Both the position numbers and the translations under genes were made by a program. DNA of 64,000 bases from Pristiophorus japonicus (lineage: Eukaryota): NCBI RefSeq assembly GCF_044704955.1, contig NC_092010.1, positions 38,626,001 through 38,690,000 of the forward strand, read 5' to 3'. Below, piece after piece: positions 15,001 to 26,864 of the stretch. The notes under the pieces were generated by a model. It saw only the letters and a list, made by a program, of their open reading frames with translations, ran no database searches and had not been told where the DNA came from. Position 1 is the first letter of the stretch; each line of letters starts with the position of its first letter.

Positions 15001-16255
15001 TGGGTGGGTATAGTCAGTGATAGGGGAGTGTGCACGTGGGCTGTGGGAGGGGATTAAATGGGTGGGTAGGGTCAGTGATAGGTGAGTGTACATGGGCTGT
15101 GGGAGGAGAGTAAATGAGTGGGTAGGGTCAGTGATAGGGGAGTGTGTACATGGGCTGTGGGAGGTGATTAAATGGGTGGGTAGGGTCAGTGATAGGGGAG
15201 TGTGTACATGGGCTGTGGGAGGGGAATAAATGGGTGGGTAGGGTCAGTGATGGGGAGTGTGTACATGGGCTGTGGGAGGGGATTAAATGGGTGGGTATAG
15301 TCAGTGATAGCGGAGAGTGTACATGGGCTGTGGGAGGGGAGTAAATGAGTGGGTAGGGTCAGTGATAGGGGAGTGTGTACATGGGCTGTGGGAGGGGATT
15401 AAATGGGTGGGTAGGGTCAGTGATAGTGGAGTGTACATGGGCTGTGGGAGGGGATTAAATGGGTGGGTAGGGTCAGTTATACGGGAGAGTGTACATGGGC
15501 TGTGGGAGGGGATTAAATGGGTGGGTAGGGTCAGTGATAGGGGAGAGTGCACATGGGCTGTGGGAGGGGATTAAATGGGTGGGTATAGTCAGTGATAGGG
15601 GAGTGTGCATGGGCTGTGGGAGGGGATTAATTGGGTGGGTAGGGTCAGTGATAGGGGAGTGTAAATGGGCTGTGGGAGGGGATTAAATGGGTGGGTATGG
15701 TCAGTGATAGGGGAGTGTGTACATGGGCTGTGGGAGGGGATTAAATGGGTGGGTAGGGTCAGTGATAGGTGAGTGTACATGGGCTGTGGGAGGGGATTAA
15801 ATGGGTGGGTATGGTCAGTGATAGGGGAGTGTGTACATGGGCTGTGGGAGGGGATTAAATGGGTGGGTAGGGTCAGTGATAGGTGAGTGTGCATGGGCTG
15901 TGGGAGGGGAGTAAATGAGTGGGTAGGGTCAGTGATAGGGGAGTATGTACATGGGCTGTGGGAGGGGATTAAATGGGTGGGTATAGTCAGTGATAGGGGA
16001 GTGTGTACATGGGCTGTGGGAGGGGATTAAATGGGTGGGTCGGGTCAGTAACAGGGGAGTGTGTACATGGGCTGTGGGAGGGGACTAAATGGGTGGGTAT
16101 GGTCAGTGATAGGGGAGTGTACATGGGCTGTGGGAGGGGATTAAAAGGGTGGGTAGGGTCAGTGACAGGGGAGTGTGTACATGGGCTGTGGGAGGGGATT
16201 AAATGGGTGGGTAGGATCAGTGATAGGGGAGTGTGTACATGGGCTGTGGGAGGGC
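1..16255. repeat. Large G-rich tandem satellite, 56/58-bp unit (GGGCTGTGGGAGGGGATTAAATGGGTGGGTAGGGTCAGTGATAGGGGAGTGT[GT]ACAT), roughly 285 units, open at window start
   Basis: Continuous tandem repetition is directly visible. Unit length varies by a GT dinucleotide. Identical ORF translations recur at fixed offsets (3535 and 3722 bp). Confidence 0.99.
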
Positions 16256-16302
16256 ATTACATGGGAGGATAGGGATGGTGATACGGTGTAGTGTAGATGG
16301 AG

Positions 16303-16972
16303 TGTCCCTCAGTACTGCCCATCCGACAGTGCGGCGCTCCCTCAGTACTGCCCCACCGACAGTGCGGCGCTCCCTCAGTACTGCCCCACCGACAGTGCGG
16401 CGCTCCCTCAGTACTGCCCCACCGACAGTGCGGCGCTCCCTCAGTACTGCCCCTCCGACAGCGCGGCACTCCCTCAGTACCACCCCTCCGACAGCACGGC
16501 ACTCCTTCAGTACCGCCCCTCCGACAGCACTGCTCCTTCGACAGTGCGGCGCTCCCTCAGTACTGCCCCTCCGACAGCGCGGCACTCCCTCAGTACCACC
16601 CCTCCGACAGCACTGCCCCTCCGACAGCGCGGCACTCCCTCAGTACCGCCCCTCCGACAGCACTGCTCCTTCGACAGTGCGGCGCTCCATCAGTAGTGCC
16701 CCTCCGACAGTGCGCACTCCCTCAAGTACTGCCCCTCCGACAGTGCGGCGCTCCCTCAGTGCTGCCCCTCCGACACTCCCTCAGTACTGCCCCTCCGACA
16801 GTGCGCACTCCCTCAAGTATTGCCCCTCCGACAGTGCAGCGCTCCCTCAGTGCGGCGCTCCCTCAGCACTGCGCTGGAGTGTCAGCCTCGATTTTTGTGC
16901 TCAGGTCCCTGGAGCGGGCCTTGAACCCACAACCTTCTGACTCAGAGGCAAGTGTGCTACCCACTGAGCCAC
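16303..16972 (-). mobile_element. tRNA-headed Deu-domain SINE (SacSINE1-like) 5' part, with internal 33-bp tandem expansion
   Basis: Minus strand begins GTGGCTCAGTGGGTAGCAC (A box) ... GGTTCAAGGCC (B box). The unit CAGTACTGCCCCTCCGACAGTGCGGCGCTCCCT is repeated over ~16303-16870. Confidence 0.85.
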
Positions 16973-17289
16973 GAATATATGATGTATCAGCGGCTTTACA
17001 TGAAAAACCTTTCACTTTATCAAGGCTGCTTGATTTGCTATAACATTTTGTTTTTAAAAATGCAGCTGTTTTTAAAAAACCGTGAATGAATCAAGAAAAA
17101 GAAAAGATCAGTAAAAGATGAGGAGGAGTTCAGGCTTTCTACTCTTTCAGTAGGCAGTGTGCGGTTTGTGTCTTCTCTGTTCAATAAAAGCCTTCCATTG
17201 TGCGTTGTGTCTGCCCTGTCTGTCTGCTGCCTCCTGCCGCCCTCTGATCGAGCGTCTCCCCGGGCGATGGAGGTTGTTATTCGGTCAGA

Positions 17290-17370
17290 TCTGGGCTCCT
17301 CGCCGCCCCCGTCTCCTCCCACGGACGGACACGCGTCATTCGGCAATCTTCTCCCCCGTGTGGGAGGCGC
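17290..17370 (+). promoter_or_regulatory. NAB2: CpG-rich putative NAB2 promoter with EGR-like GC boxes
   Basis: CGCCCCCGT 17304-17312, CTCCCACGG 17316-17324, CTCCCCCGT 17351-17359 and GTGTGGGAG 17358-17366 resemble the EGR consensus GCG(T/G)GG(C/A)G. Local CpG enrichment; lies upstream of a splice donor. Confidence 0.55.
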
Positions 17371-17628
17371 AAACCGAGCCGGGGATATCCAGAGCCCTTG
17401 TCCAACTAGACTTCGACACAAACAAAACACGTTCAACACTTCAACAGCAGAGCGAAAAGTAGCGGCGAGGAGGACGCGGCACAGGCAGGAGCTCGGGGTT
17501 CACCCATCGGGTGCTCCTCGGGGACTGCGATCCCACAGCAAGTGTGCAGCATCACAACAACCCCACAGCCGCCTGATCGCCAGAGTCCGCACGGCAACTT
17601 CAGCCAAGAAGCTCTGAGAAATACAAAG
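17370..17628 (+). other. NAB2: Putative NAB2 exon 1 (5' UTR); start position uncertain
   Basis: Donor AAG|GTAAAG after 17628 at the end of a CpG-rich block. In-frame TGA at 17615-17617 means it does not extend the NAB2 ORF. Confidence 0.55.
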
Positions 17629-18048
17629 GTAAAGGAGAAAGAGACTGGGGATAGCCCACACTGAACTAACTCATGGAGTTAGCCAGGTCCAGAGGGAATC
17701 TCCTCTCTATTTATCAACTGCTGCTTCATTCCAAGTGCTCCAGACTGTTCTGTCACCCAGAGTCTGGGTAAGGTAATAGATGGTTGACTGTGAGTTGCAA
17801 GGCTATAATCTATATCTCGTCGTTCCACTGAGACTGCAAACTGTGGAAAAAGCTTGAGTGTTCTTTTAAGACTCCACACAGAATCAACTGAGATTAAATT
17901 ACAGCCTATAAACAGCTGCATGGTATTTTCTATTTTATATAATACGTTCTGATAACTCAAAGTTGTCTTTGCACTAAAAAGTTGGAATACCCAATCATTT
18001 GAATTATGCAACGTAAATAACATAGGAAAGTGGGAGTTTAGAGCTAAA

Positions 18049-18803
18049 GGGGGAGAAATTTGGCTGATTTGCGCCTCCCATTGGAGTCTCCGAGGGGTGG
18101 TAATGGGACACTAAGGGGTTACCGATCGGGCGCGCGAATTCACTGGCACCCAAGAACTTCCCTGGTAGTTTTGCGCTGGCACTAACACTTGCCGCCTCGG
18201 TCTCTTGCGCCCCATAGATAGTGACATCATCTGGTGCACAGCGCCCCGGATGTGATATTCGCTCCCCCGGGCATTGCTGGGCATTAACAACAGCAGCTGC
18301 AGACGGCATTATCACCTTGGCTGGCCGCTTGGTGGGGCGGGGCGGGGGGGGGGGGGGGCGATAATTAAAGGTGAGCTAGGGTAAACTTTATTCTTCGCAC
18401 CAGTCTGGTGACTGCTGAAAGTTTGTGATGCCTCATTGCTGAGTGATGCCTCAGCCCGCCACTCCCTGAGAGTGATTGGGGCTGTAACGGCAGTGGCGCA
18501 GGTCCCCTGGTCACACAGAAGTAGAAGAATGATGCAAACCATCATTGACCCTTCCCTTTAAGCGAGGGAAGGAGCCTCTGATGCCAGCAGCGCTGCACTG
18601 CAGATTACTCAGCGCTCTGCCGCTCCCGCCCCTCTCACACACCTTAGTGCTCTAAGAGAAGTGGTTAGCGCTTGATTTACGCTCCACTCCCCTCTTGGAG
18701 TGCTAAAGCTGAAGTTTCCAGGATGAAAAAAAGATTTTGGCGATACTTTTCTCACTTTTCAAAAGTTATCGTCCCAAATGGGGTGCAATGGAATTTCTAG
18801 CCC
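18049..18803. mobile_element. Non-autonomous PIF/Harbinger-type MITE
   Basis: Termini GGGGGAGAAATT / revcomp GGGCTAGAAATT, similar to the TIR of the Harbinger at 50326-53263. Flanked by 3-bp AAA on both sides. CpG-rich interior. Confidence 0.6.
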
Positions 18804-20000
18804 AAAGAAAATTAATTATCGGTAAAGTGAATCAAGCAACTTTGAATTAAGACAAGGAGACTGTGTGCTGGCTGTGTACAGGAACATAAGAATGTACAGG
18901 ACTAGAAAAGACCATGTTGGTCCATCTAGTAAAATATACACTGACAGAGTATCATACACGCTGATTGTAATGAATATATACTGACTGCATGTAATATATA
19001 CTGATAGTATATAATATATAGGACTGTGTATAATATGATAGATATGGACTGTGTGTAATATAGACTGTAATACACTGATTCCATATAACATACTGATCGT
19101 AGTGGTGTAAGATGGTGGTGACTGTTCTTATATGGCATTATCACGTGACAGGTCTTTTAGTAATACGAGTTTATGCTTCAACTTAGTACTGGATAAACAA
19201 CTTCGTATGAATTATAAAATACAAGTTTTGATTTAGTGCTTAGTACGAGTGTTAAACAGATTTCCTGTTTGTTCTGTAATCATTACTCATTTCCTCTCTA
19301 TACAATCCAACTCCGTCCAAGATTTGATGCTGCTCCCATATCTGGGGAGGTTTTTCTAACACCTCTCCCACTCCTGGGCATGATGTTGGTCACCTGTTGG
19401 TGACCTCTCTCCCATCTGGGCCTTCCAACCTCCTTCTCCCATTGTAAGCTTTCTCTATGTTATCAATACTCTGGGCAGTGCTCCTCTGAACTTCACTGTC
19501 TTGTTCCTTCGAAGTTCCAAATATACCACCCTACACATTCTTCCTGCTCACTACATTCTCGCCATGTCGATATTAAGAATCATCAGCATCTTCTACTCAT
19601 CCTTTCCAAGGACTTTAAAACTGGAATTGCTCAGCCTTCCCTTCTATATTCTACAGACTTTTAAACTCCAGCCTTGATGTCACCTAGTCACTTCTACTTA
19701 ATTTATCTCTTCCCTTTATACTTTCCAACCTTATGAAGACACAATAGGAGTGAGAATCAGGTCCATCAATGCTCACCCTATCCAATTAATGGTGCAACCT
19801 CGTGCACCACTTTCTCCAATCACAAGAATTGCCAACTCCTGTGGTTCAGGGATCCAGCTGTTGTAAATGGATGGTTCAGCTGTTGCTTCTTCCCCCAACC
19901 TCCTGCTGCCCTGGTTACCGTTAAAGCTTTTTATTCAAAAGAAAGTTTTTAAATAAACCCTCTCTGGTGTAAAGTTTCACTTTTGAATGCAATGCTGAGT

Positions 20001-21048
20001 GGGCTGAATTTCCAGCCCTTCCGCTCGGTGGAAAGGGGGTGACATGGCAGTGCCCGGAAATAATGGACAATGACCTGCTGCCATCGTTGCCTCCTTCACC
20101 ATGGCCACAGCAATGTTTACTGGGGCTTATCGCTGGGTAGCCGGAGTGGTGCCCAGAGTCAGGCATCAGGACCATTTCAAATGTAAATCAGGCTCCTATG
20201 ATGTCAGTAAGACCCCGATTGGGTCGACTGGGCCTGTATTCACTGGAGTTTAGAAGAATGAGAGGGGATCTCATTGAAACGTATGAAATCCTGACTGGGT
20301 TGGGTAGACTGGATGCGGGGAGGATGTTTCCCCGGGGGCTGGGAAGTCTAGAACAAGGGGTCACAGCCTCAGGAGGAAATTTAGGACGGAGATGAGGAGA
20401 AATGTTTTCACTCCGAGGGTGGTGAACCTGTGGAATTCTCTACCACAGAAGGCTGTGGAGGCCAAGTCACTGAATATATTTAAGAGGGAGATAGATAGAT
20501 TTCTAGACACAAAAAGCATCAAGGGGTATGGGGAAAAAGCGGGAATATGGTGTTGAGATAAAGGATCAGCCATGATCATATTGAATGGTGGTGCAGACTC
20601 GAAGGGCCAAATGGCCTACTCCTGCTCCTATTTTCTATGTTTCTATTGCCGTTTTTGGACTGAGCTTGTGTTGTGCCCGCTCCGAGCAGTATCAGCTCGT
20701 GGCCCAGCTGCAGAGGACTCGTAAGGTGAATTACTTGTCATGTTTGTGGGGCTTGGAGGAGGAGCAGGAGTGGTGTTCCCAGCCCTACAACCCCAGCTTG
20801 GGCCTCTGCCACTCCAGCTCCCCTGCTATCCCCCTCGCCCCAGCAGATTGGAACCACCCCCACAGACCTACTTTCCAGCCAGGCCGCCTGATGTTGCATA
20901 ACTGGTGGGCTGCCCCGAGGCTCTCGAGTTTCTGACCACAACCTGCCAGCTTTATTCAAATGCGGCTTGGCCGTCAAAATGGACCAGGCTTCCCGGCAGG
21001 ACTACATGGAACAACCGGTGCGATCGGCTCTGGGAGTAAATCCACCCC
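20001..21048. mobile_element. Possible Harbinger-type MITE hosting a nested CR1
   Basis: Left GGGCTGAATTT, right revcomp GGGGTGGATTT. GC-rich interior interrupted by CR1 at 20219-20645. Confidence 0.4.
20219..20645 (+). mobile_element. CR1 LINE 3' fragment
   Basis: Translates LGLYSLEFRRMRGDLIETYEILTG (CR1 ORF2 C-terminus). 3' UTR ends in a TTTCTATG-type tail. Confidence 0.92.
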
Positions 21049-21558
21049 ATGTCTTAAAAATATCACTGAGAAAATAATTCTGTAGATAGTATAAAGGTCT
21101 GCACCCCATCTACCATCCCCTACCCCGCACCCCCCCCCCCCACCCCCACACAAAACACTTCAGACTTTGAGTTTGTAATGTCCCGACCACCACACAGGGT
21201 CGGTGCAGGATGATACAGTGACTTACGGGGCTGTAATACAATCCATTGCTTCCACCAGCACGATAAATTTTTGAATATCCCCAGTAGCAACAGAAATGAA
21301 ACAAAGTAACTGTTGTGTGGGTTGGATCAATTCTTTAAGCCTTACTTCCTGTCCAACAACAAGAGCCTTGAGCGCATTTGGGCATTGCAGGGCTTGCAAA
21401 ATGGTGACTTTTATCAGAATTCTGACTGATCTTTATTTAGATAGCAAAACATTCTACTGGTGATAGAATGTGTGAGAAAATATTCCCCGGTTTTGGTCTG
21501 AATCATGAGACTAAATATTGTGCTGTTTACTCACAGGTTCAGCGCCGATTCACCGACA

Positions 21559-22374
21559 ATGTCTTTGCCACGAACCCTTGGCGAGCTTCAGCTGTACCGT
21601 CTTCTCCAGAGGGCCAATCTCCTGGCATATTACGATACGTTCATTCAGCAGGGAGGGGATGACGTGAAGCAGCTCTGTGAGGCCGGAGAGGAGGAGTTCT
21701 TGGAAATCATGGCCTTGGTTGGCATGGCAACCAAACCTCTCCATGTCCGAAGGCTCCAAAAGGCCTTACGGGAGTGGATGGCCAACCCAGCCATTTTCAA
21801 CCAGCCTCTGGCCTCCGTTCCGGTCAGTAGCATCCCCCTATTTAAACTGTCAGGGGCATCTGCACAGGAGCCAAAGAGGAAGTCAGTCAGTAATGGCAGA
21901 GGCAATTCTCCTGAAATGCAAGCCAAACATCTGCAGAGTTTCGTCACAGCATCGGCAAGGAGCATCAGCCCGAACTCCTCATCTGATGGCGGGGAGAAGA
22001 ATTCCCCAGTGCAGATTTCCAGCGATGCCCCGGTTTGGCAAGGGTGGCACACGCCAGAGGCCGACACCAGCCTCACCGAGGAGGACCAAGTGCTCCCCCC
22101 ATCTCCCCGAGAGAACACGTGTAAACTGGACCTCGATACGGTCCGCACGATCGCAGAGAGTGTCAGGCACGTGATGAACACCTTCCCCAAAAGCGATCCC
22201 CAGGAAGCCAAGGAACTTTTGAGACTGAACAAGAAGCTAGCAAAATCCATTGGTCACATCTTCGAGATGGAGAAGCGTGATCCTGTAAAGGAGGAGGAAA
22301 TTCGGAAGTATAGTGCAATCTATGGGCGATCTGACTCCAAGCGCAGGGACAGCAAACAGCTGACACAGCACGAG
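21559..22374 (+). CDS. NAB2: NAB2 coding exon (exon 2; acceptor at 21537): NCD1 and most of NCD2
   Basis: MSLPRTLGELQLYRLLQRANLLAYYDTFIQQGGDDVKQLCEAGEEEFLEIMALVGMATKPLHVRRLQKALREW...LNKKLAKSIGHIFEM...EEEIRKYSAIYGRSDSKRR. Acceptor TCACAG|G, donor GAG|GTTGGG (phase 0). MATKP/REW residues favour NAB2 over NAB1. Confidence 0.97.
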
Positions 22375-23074
22375 GTTGGGAACTGATTGTATAATCCTTG
22401 TAATGTAAATAGAAGCAGCTCTGACGAAATGTGAGGGATGGAGGGTGGAGACAGTTTAATAAATATATAATTACAAGCAGGGGATTAAAGCAGCGCTGAT
22501 TGTTGACAAATCATTGTAAATACCCACTCCCCATGAACCTTGTATCATTGTGCATCAAGGCTGCTACTGTGAAATAAAGAGAAACATATTTATATCATCT
22601 TAGCTTTAAAACACTCTACTTGATCCATTTTCTTAATGTTAGCTATGAGCTCAAATGGGCATCTTTCGGTTCTCGTCCTCGATGGTTAGTCTTAATGCTT
22701 GGCTTTACCTTGTGTCATGGATGGTTGCCGGGATGCCAAGTCCCACAACGAATGCACGCTTTCTCGTGTATCATTACTCATGTATCCTTATCACTGATGT
22801 CTATTGCAAGTAGTCATTGGGTTCCTTGTTCATAGTAGAGAGGATCGAGAAGTAACTTGTGTCACAGAACTCTCAAGCATGTAGCGTTAAGGAGAGCACA
22901 CGCAGATGGGGCAGAGCCATAGATCTCCAGATCTTAAAGCTACACTGCCCCACCATTAAAATGCTTTCTGCCTTTGGAGCAGAATTTAAGCAGTTTGCAT
23001 TTTTATTGAGAAATCAAGAGGAAGAGCCAAGGCCCAGCGATCTGGGCCCCACCACAGTTGAATAGAATAAGGAA

Positions 23075-23216
23075 GAAGATAGATATTAAGAGAATTAATG
23101 GATGTGGGGATAGTGCAGGAAAATGGAATTGAGGTCGAAGATCAGCCATGATCTTATCGAATGGCGGAGCAGGCTCGAAAGGGCCGAATGGCCTACTCCT
23201 GCTCCTAATTCTTATG
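23075..23216 (+). mobile_element. CR1 LINE 3' UTR fragment
   Basis: GATCAGCCATGATC...GCAGGCTCGAAAGGGCCGAATGGCCTACTCCTGCTCCTAATTCTTATG, shared with the other CR1 copies in this window. Confidence 0.85.
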
Positions 23217-24936
23217 AGATAAATCAAGGGTAATGGTTGGGTGATGCCAAGCTAGGGTTTTTTCAAGCTGTAGATTGTAGGAGGGAGGGGGGGGACTAAA
23301 GGAGGTGAGGAGTTCCACAGTATTGAGGTTCTGGGAAGAGCGAGTTAGATTAGGAGACGGTGCGATGGGTTTCGCTTTCAGTGGTGAGGATTCAGAGAGG
23401 AGGAGGAGGTGCAAAACCTGCCATTTACCACAAGGAGCAGCTCCACCAAGATTCATCGGAAAGTCATTTGCATTTTGATAAGGCAGAATGAGAATTGGAA
23501 ATATGGGATTTATGTCATTCTGCGAACCCCCATTTCCCCAAATACCTGAACCTTTTGTGACTAATGGGGGAGAAGAAAAAGGAGAGGACGTCGTTTTAGG
23601 CGATAATACAAAACCGGCACTAGCGAATCGCCAGCCCGTTCTACACTCCGTCAATAGAAAAGAAAATTGAGCAGAGTATAGTCTGCTGATTCAATAGGGC
23701 CCCAGACCAATTTCTCCCCTAACGTGTATAGCAGTAAAACCAGTCACCTCTGCTCATCATCCCTCAGTATTAAAATGCAAATTTCTAAGAATGAATGCAT
23801 TGTGTTTCCGTAGCGCTGTAGATAAGACAAATATAGGATGTTGCAGCTTTAAGAGTTATCTAGACCCCTATAAAGTAGTATTTGCCATCCTGTTTGCGAG
23901 TGTGCATATTTCTTACTGATGGTAATTGCTGATGTACTTATAGCTGTTTGAATCAAGAAATGCGAGTTCAACAAGATTCTTCACACCTCCAGCACATTAA
24001 ACAAGGCATAATTTGTACACATGTAAGGTGCATGTGTGTTGGAGATTTATGTTCTTTGTACTGGTGATATCAGAGATGTATTGTACACCCCCTGAAATAT
24101 CAGATAGGCTGCTTTATCATCAAAACAGCCCCTCTTCTTGCAGAGCAACTCAGTCTGGTGTTTGAACCCAGTTTTTGAGTGAGTTGTCTTGGAAATTTTG
24201 AAATTGCCAACTGGAAACAATGCCTGCTTTTTTTAAACAGAAGGCTATTTTATCCCTATTTCCTTTATTAATCACAACAGGTTTTCATCATCAGCGAAAC
24301 AAATATCAGAACCTGAGCCATGACCCACTCCTTTCATGCTTGGTAACACGTGGTAACGCCACACACCCACCAGTTTACCACAGGCATGCTGCATCTACAA
24401 GGTGCCTACGGGAACTGCTGCGTCTAATTGATGCAGAACCAGGCCGGTAGCAACTTGTTTTAAAATCCAGTGGGACAGATATTTGGGAGATTCACCCATT
24501 TAAAAAAGACATTGAAAAAATGCCTCAGTTTGCCTGAACAAATGTAGCAAACCAATTACCTATACTTCCCCCCTGCCCCCCCACCCCCCCAGAAAATGTC
24601 AACATGAATTTTCCGTTCTGTTACGTTTAACACAGGGGCCTGGAAATTATTGTATGGAAAGTTTAATTGCGTAACACTTGTACAAAATACCTCTCTGTTC
24701 TTTTTATGGAGCTATACACGTTACAGTGGCTAAAATACCACGGAGAGGAATTTGATACAAGCACATCCAACGTTTGTACAACCCACAGTCATTTCTAGCC
24801 TGTGATCGCTTGGAATTGCTGAGAATAGGAGGACTGCTTTAAAACTCCATCTGCTCAATTAGCTGCGAATGTTAACACTCCATAGTACTCACAAGCTGGC
24901 GGCCCCAAGCAAAATGGGGATTTAAAAAAATTTGTT

Positions 24937-25292
24937 CCTGGGATGTGGGCGTCACTGGTAATTTATTGCCCCTTGAGAAGGTGGTGGTGAGCCGCCGCCT
25001 TGAACCGCTGCAGTCCGTGTGGTGAAGGAGCTCCCACAGTGCTGTTGGGGAGGGAGTTCCAGGATTGTGACCCAGCAACAATGAAGGAACGGCCGATATA
25101 TTTCCAAGTCAGGATGGTGTGTGACTCGGAGGGGAACTTGGAGGGGGTGGTGTTCCCATGCGCCTGCTGCCCTTGTCCTTCTATGCGGTAGAGGTCACGG
25201 GTTTGGGAGAAGCCTTGGCAAGTTGCTGCGGTGCATCTTGTAGACGGTACACACTGCAGCCACGGTGCGCCGGTGGTGGAGGGAGTGAATGT
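24937..25292 (-). mobile_element. Non-LTR LINE (CR1/L2-group) 3' fragment
   Basis: Minus frame ...WNSLPNSTVGAPSPHGLQRFKAAAHHHLLKGQ*, a typical RT C-terminal tail. Related short copy at 35125-35395. Confidence 0.75.
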
Positions 25293-25841
25293 TTCAGGTG
25301 TTCCAATTTTTCCTAGCGCCAAAACAGAGCCCTTACTTCTCGATCTTCGCTCAGCTCCAGCCTCAGTTACAGGCCTCTGTATTTATGGGCTAGTGAGGAG
25401 AAAGCGGCCAGGGGCCCTGCTTCCGCTCACTATCCAATGACTCCTGTTGGGAGACATTTGGATGTCAGGCGAGGACGTGATTGGGCTCAGCTGTGATGCT
25501 GCATACGGTCAAATAGCTGGCCAATGCTCACGATCTAGACTCAAAAACTAACACAGGACATGAGGAGAAGGTGACAAAGGGCACTTTGGCACTGTACCCC
25601 AGCAAGAGTCGTACAATCGGGGTGGGGGAATTCGATTTTTTTAAAAAAGGAATGCAGAGCAAATGGTTGCTCAAGGGTGCAGGATACCAGCAAGTATCAA
25701 AAGGCCTCCTCTCTCGCAGGGGAACAGCACTCTCTATTGGCTCGGACTGGCTGCCAGTTTCTAAAAGTACAATTCACTGCTCGTGCTGCCTCCTGTATGG
25801 GCTGGACTCTGAAGCACTCTCTGTTTCTAATCCTGTTTCAG

Positions 25842-25975
25842 CTGACGATCAATGAGGCGGCTGCTCAGTTTTGCATGGAAGATAACACCTTGCTGATGCG
25901 GAGAGTCGATCTCTTTTCACTGGCTAGACAGGTGGCTCGAGAGTGCGCTTACACTTGTACTTACAGGAAAACACG
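25842..25975 (+). CDS. NAB2: NAB2 exon 3 (end of NCD2)
   Basis: TTTCAG|CTG; [45 protein letters not shown]; CG|GTAAG; phase 0 to 2. Confidence 0.97.
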
Positions 25976-26284
25976 GTAAGATTCCAGGTACCCTGTTGTA
26001 CTATTGTGTACAGACCAGCTGGGTTTCTTCAATTCTAAATGCTGTGAGTTATTTCAATATCAAGTTCTTCTGTGACAGTCTGAGGGTTATTATAGGGTGC
26101 ACTGTGGTGGACTTAGTCTCTTGCCTCTCGTCCGATAGATCCCAGCTCTACTCCCTGTTCCGTGCCGATTCAGTTGAACTCAGCTATGGTGGAGGTTCGG
26201 ACACTACAATCTGCCTCAGTGCCCCTGGGCGAGGGAGAGGGGATCCCTGCTGGCAAGTATGCACACGTGGCTAGGATCAAGCAA

Positions 26285-26612
26285 GGGTTAGAGCAGATCT
26301 GACAGAGCTGTTCAAAATTATAAGGGGTTTTGATAAGACAACCAGGGAAAAACTATTTCCACTGGTTAATGAGTCTGTAAGTAGAGAGCATCATTTTAAG
26401 ATTATCACCAAAAGAATGATGGGAGAGGTTAGGAGACAAACATTTACACAGAGAGTTGTTCAGAGATGGCACTCAGAAACAGCAGAATCGATAATAACTT
26501 TTAAAAGGGATGTGGACAATGTTTTTTTAAATACAGGGATCGCTCTTTCAGAGAGCCGGCACAGGTACGATGGGTCGAACGGCCTCCTTCTGTACTGTAA
26601 AATTCTATGACT
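26285..26612 (+). mobile_element. Degenerate CR1 LINE 3' fragment
   Basis: RADLTELFKIIRGFDK...FTQRVV-like translation; AAATTCTATGA tail. Confidence 0.75.
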
Positions 26613-26864
26613 GAATAATTCTATGATCAGGCCTGGCCCCCATAGACACATACCCTGCCAACACTTGTGAAGTACTGGGGCACGGCGCGTGCCTGTGCAA
26701 TAAGTAACCAACATAACTCAGTGCCTTCAGGAGAGACGGGGAGAGAATTGTGGGGGGGGGGGGGGGCTGCTGGCTGGTGAAGAAATAAAAATAGCATATT
26801 CTATTCGAGCCTACATTTCATTGACATCTTCTAAAGCTGTTTTTCATCATTATTCTACCTTCAG

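Noticed and set aside
105-16272. Dozens of ORFs (GCGRGLNGWVGSV / THPFNPLPQP repeats)
   Set aside because: Artefacts of 56+58=114-bp satellite dimers staying in frame; no splice or start context.
16900-16972. tRNA gene
   Set aside because: A/B boxes are contiguous with the SINE body; it is a SINE head, not a stand-alone tRNA.
21645-22250. 201-aa antisense ORF over NAB2 exon 2
   Set aside because: Shadow ORF of a coding exon; no independent support.
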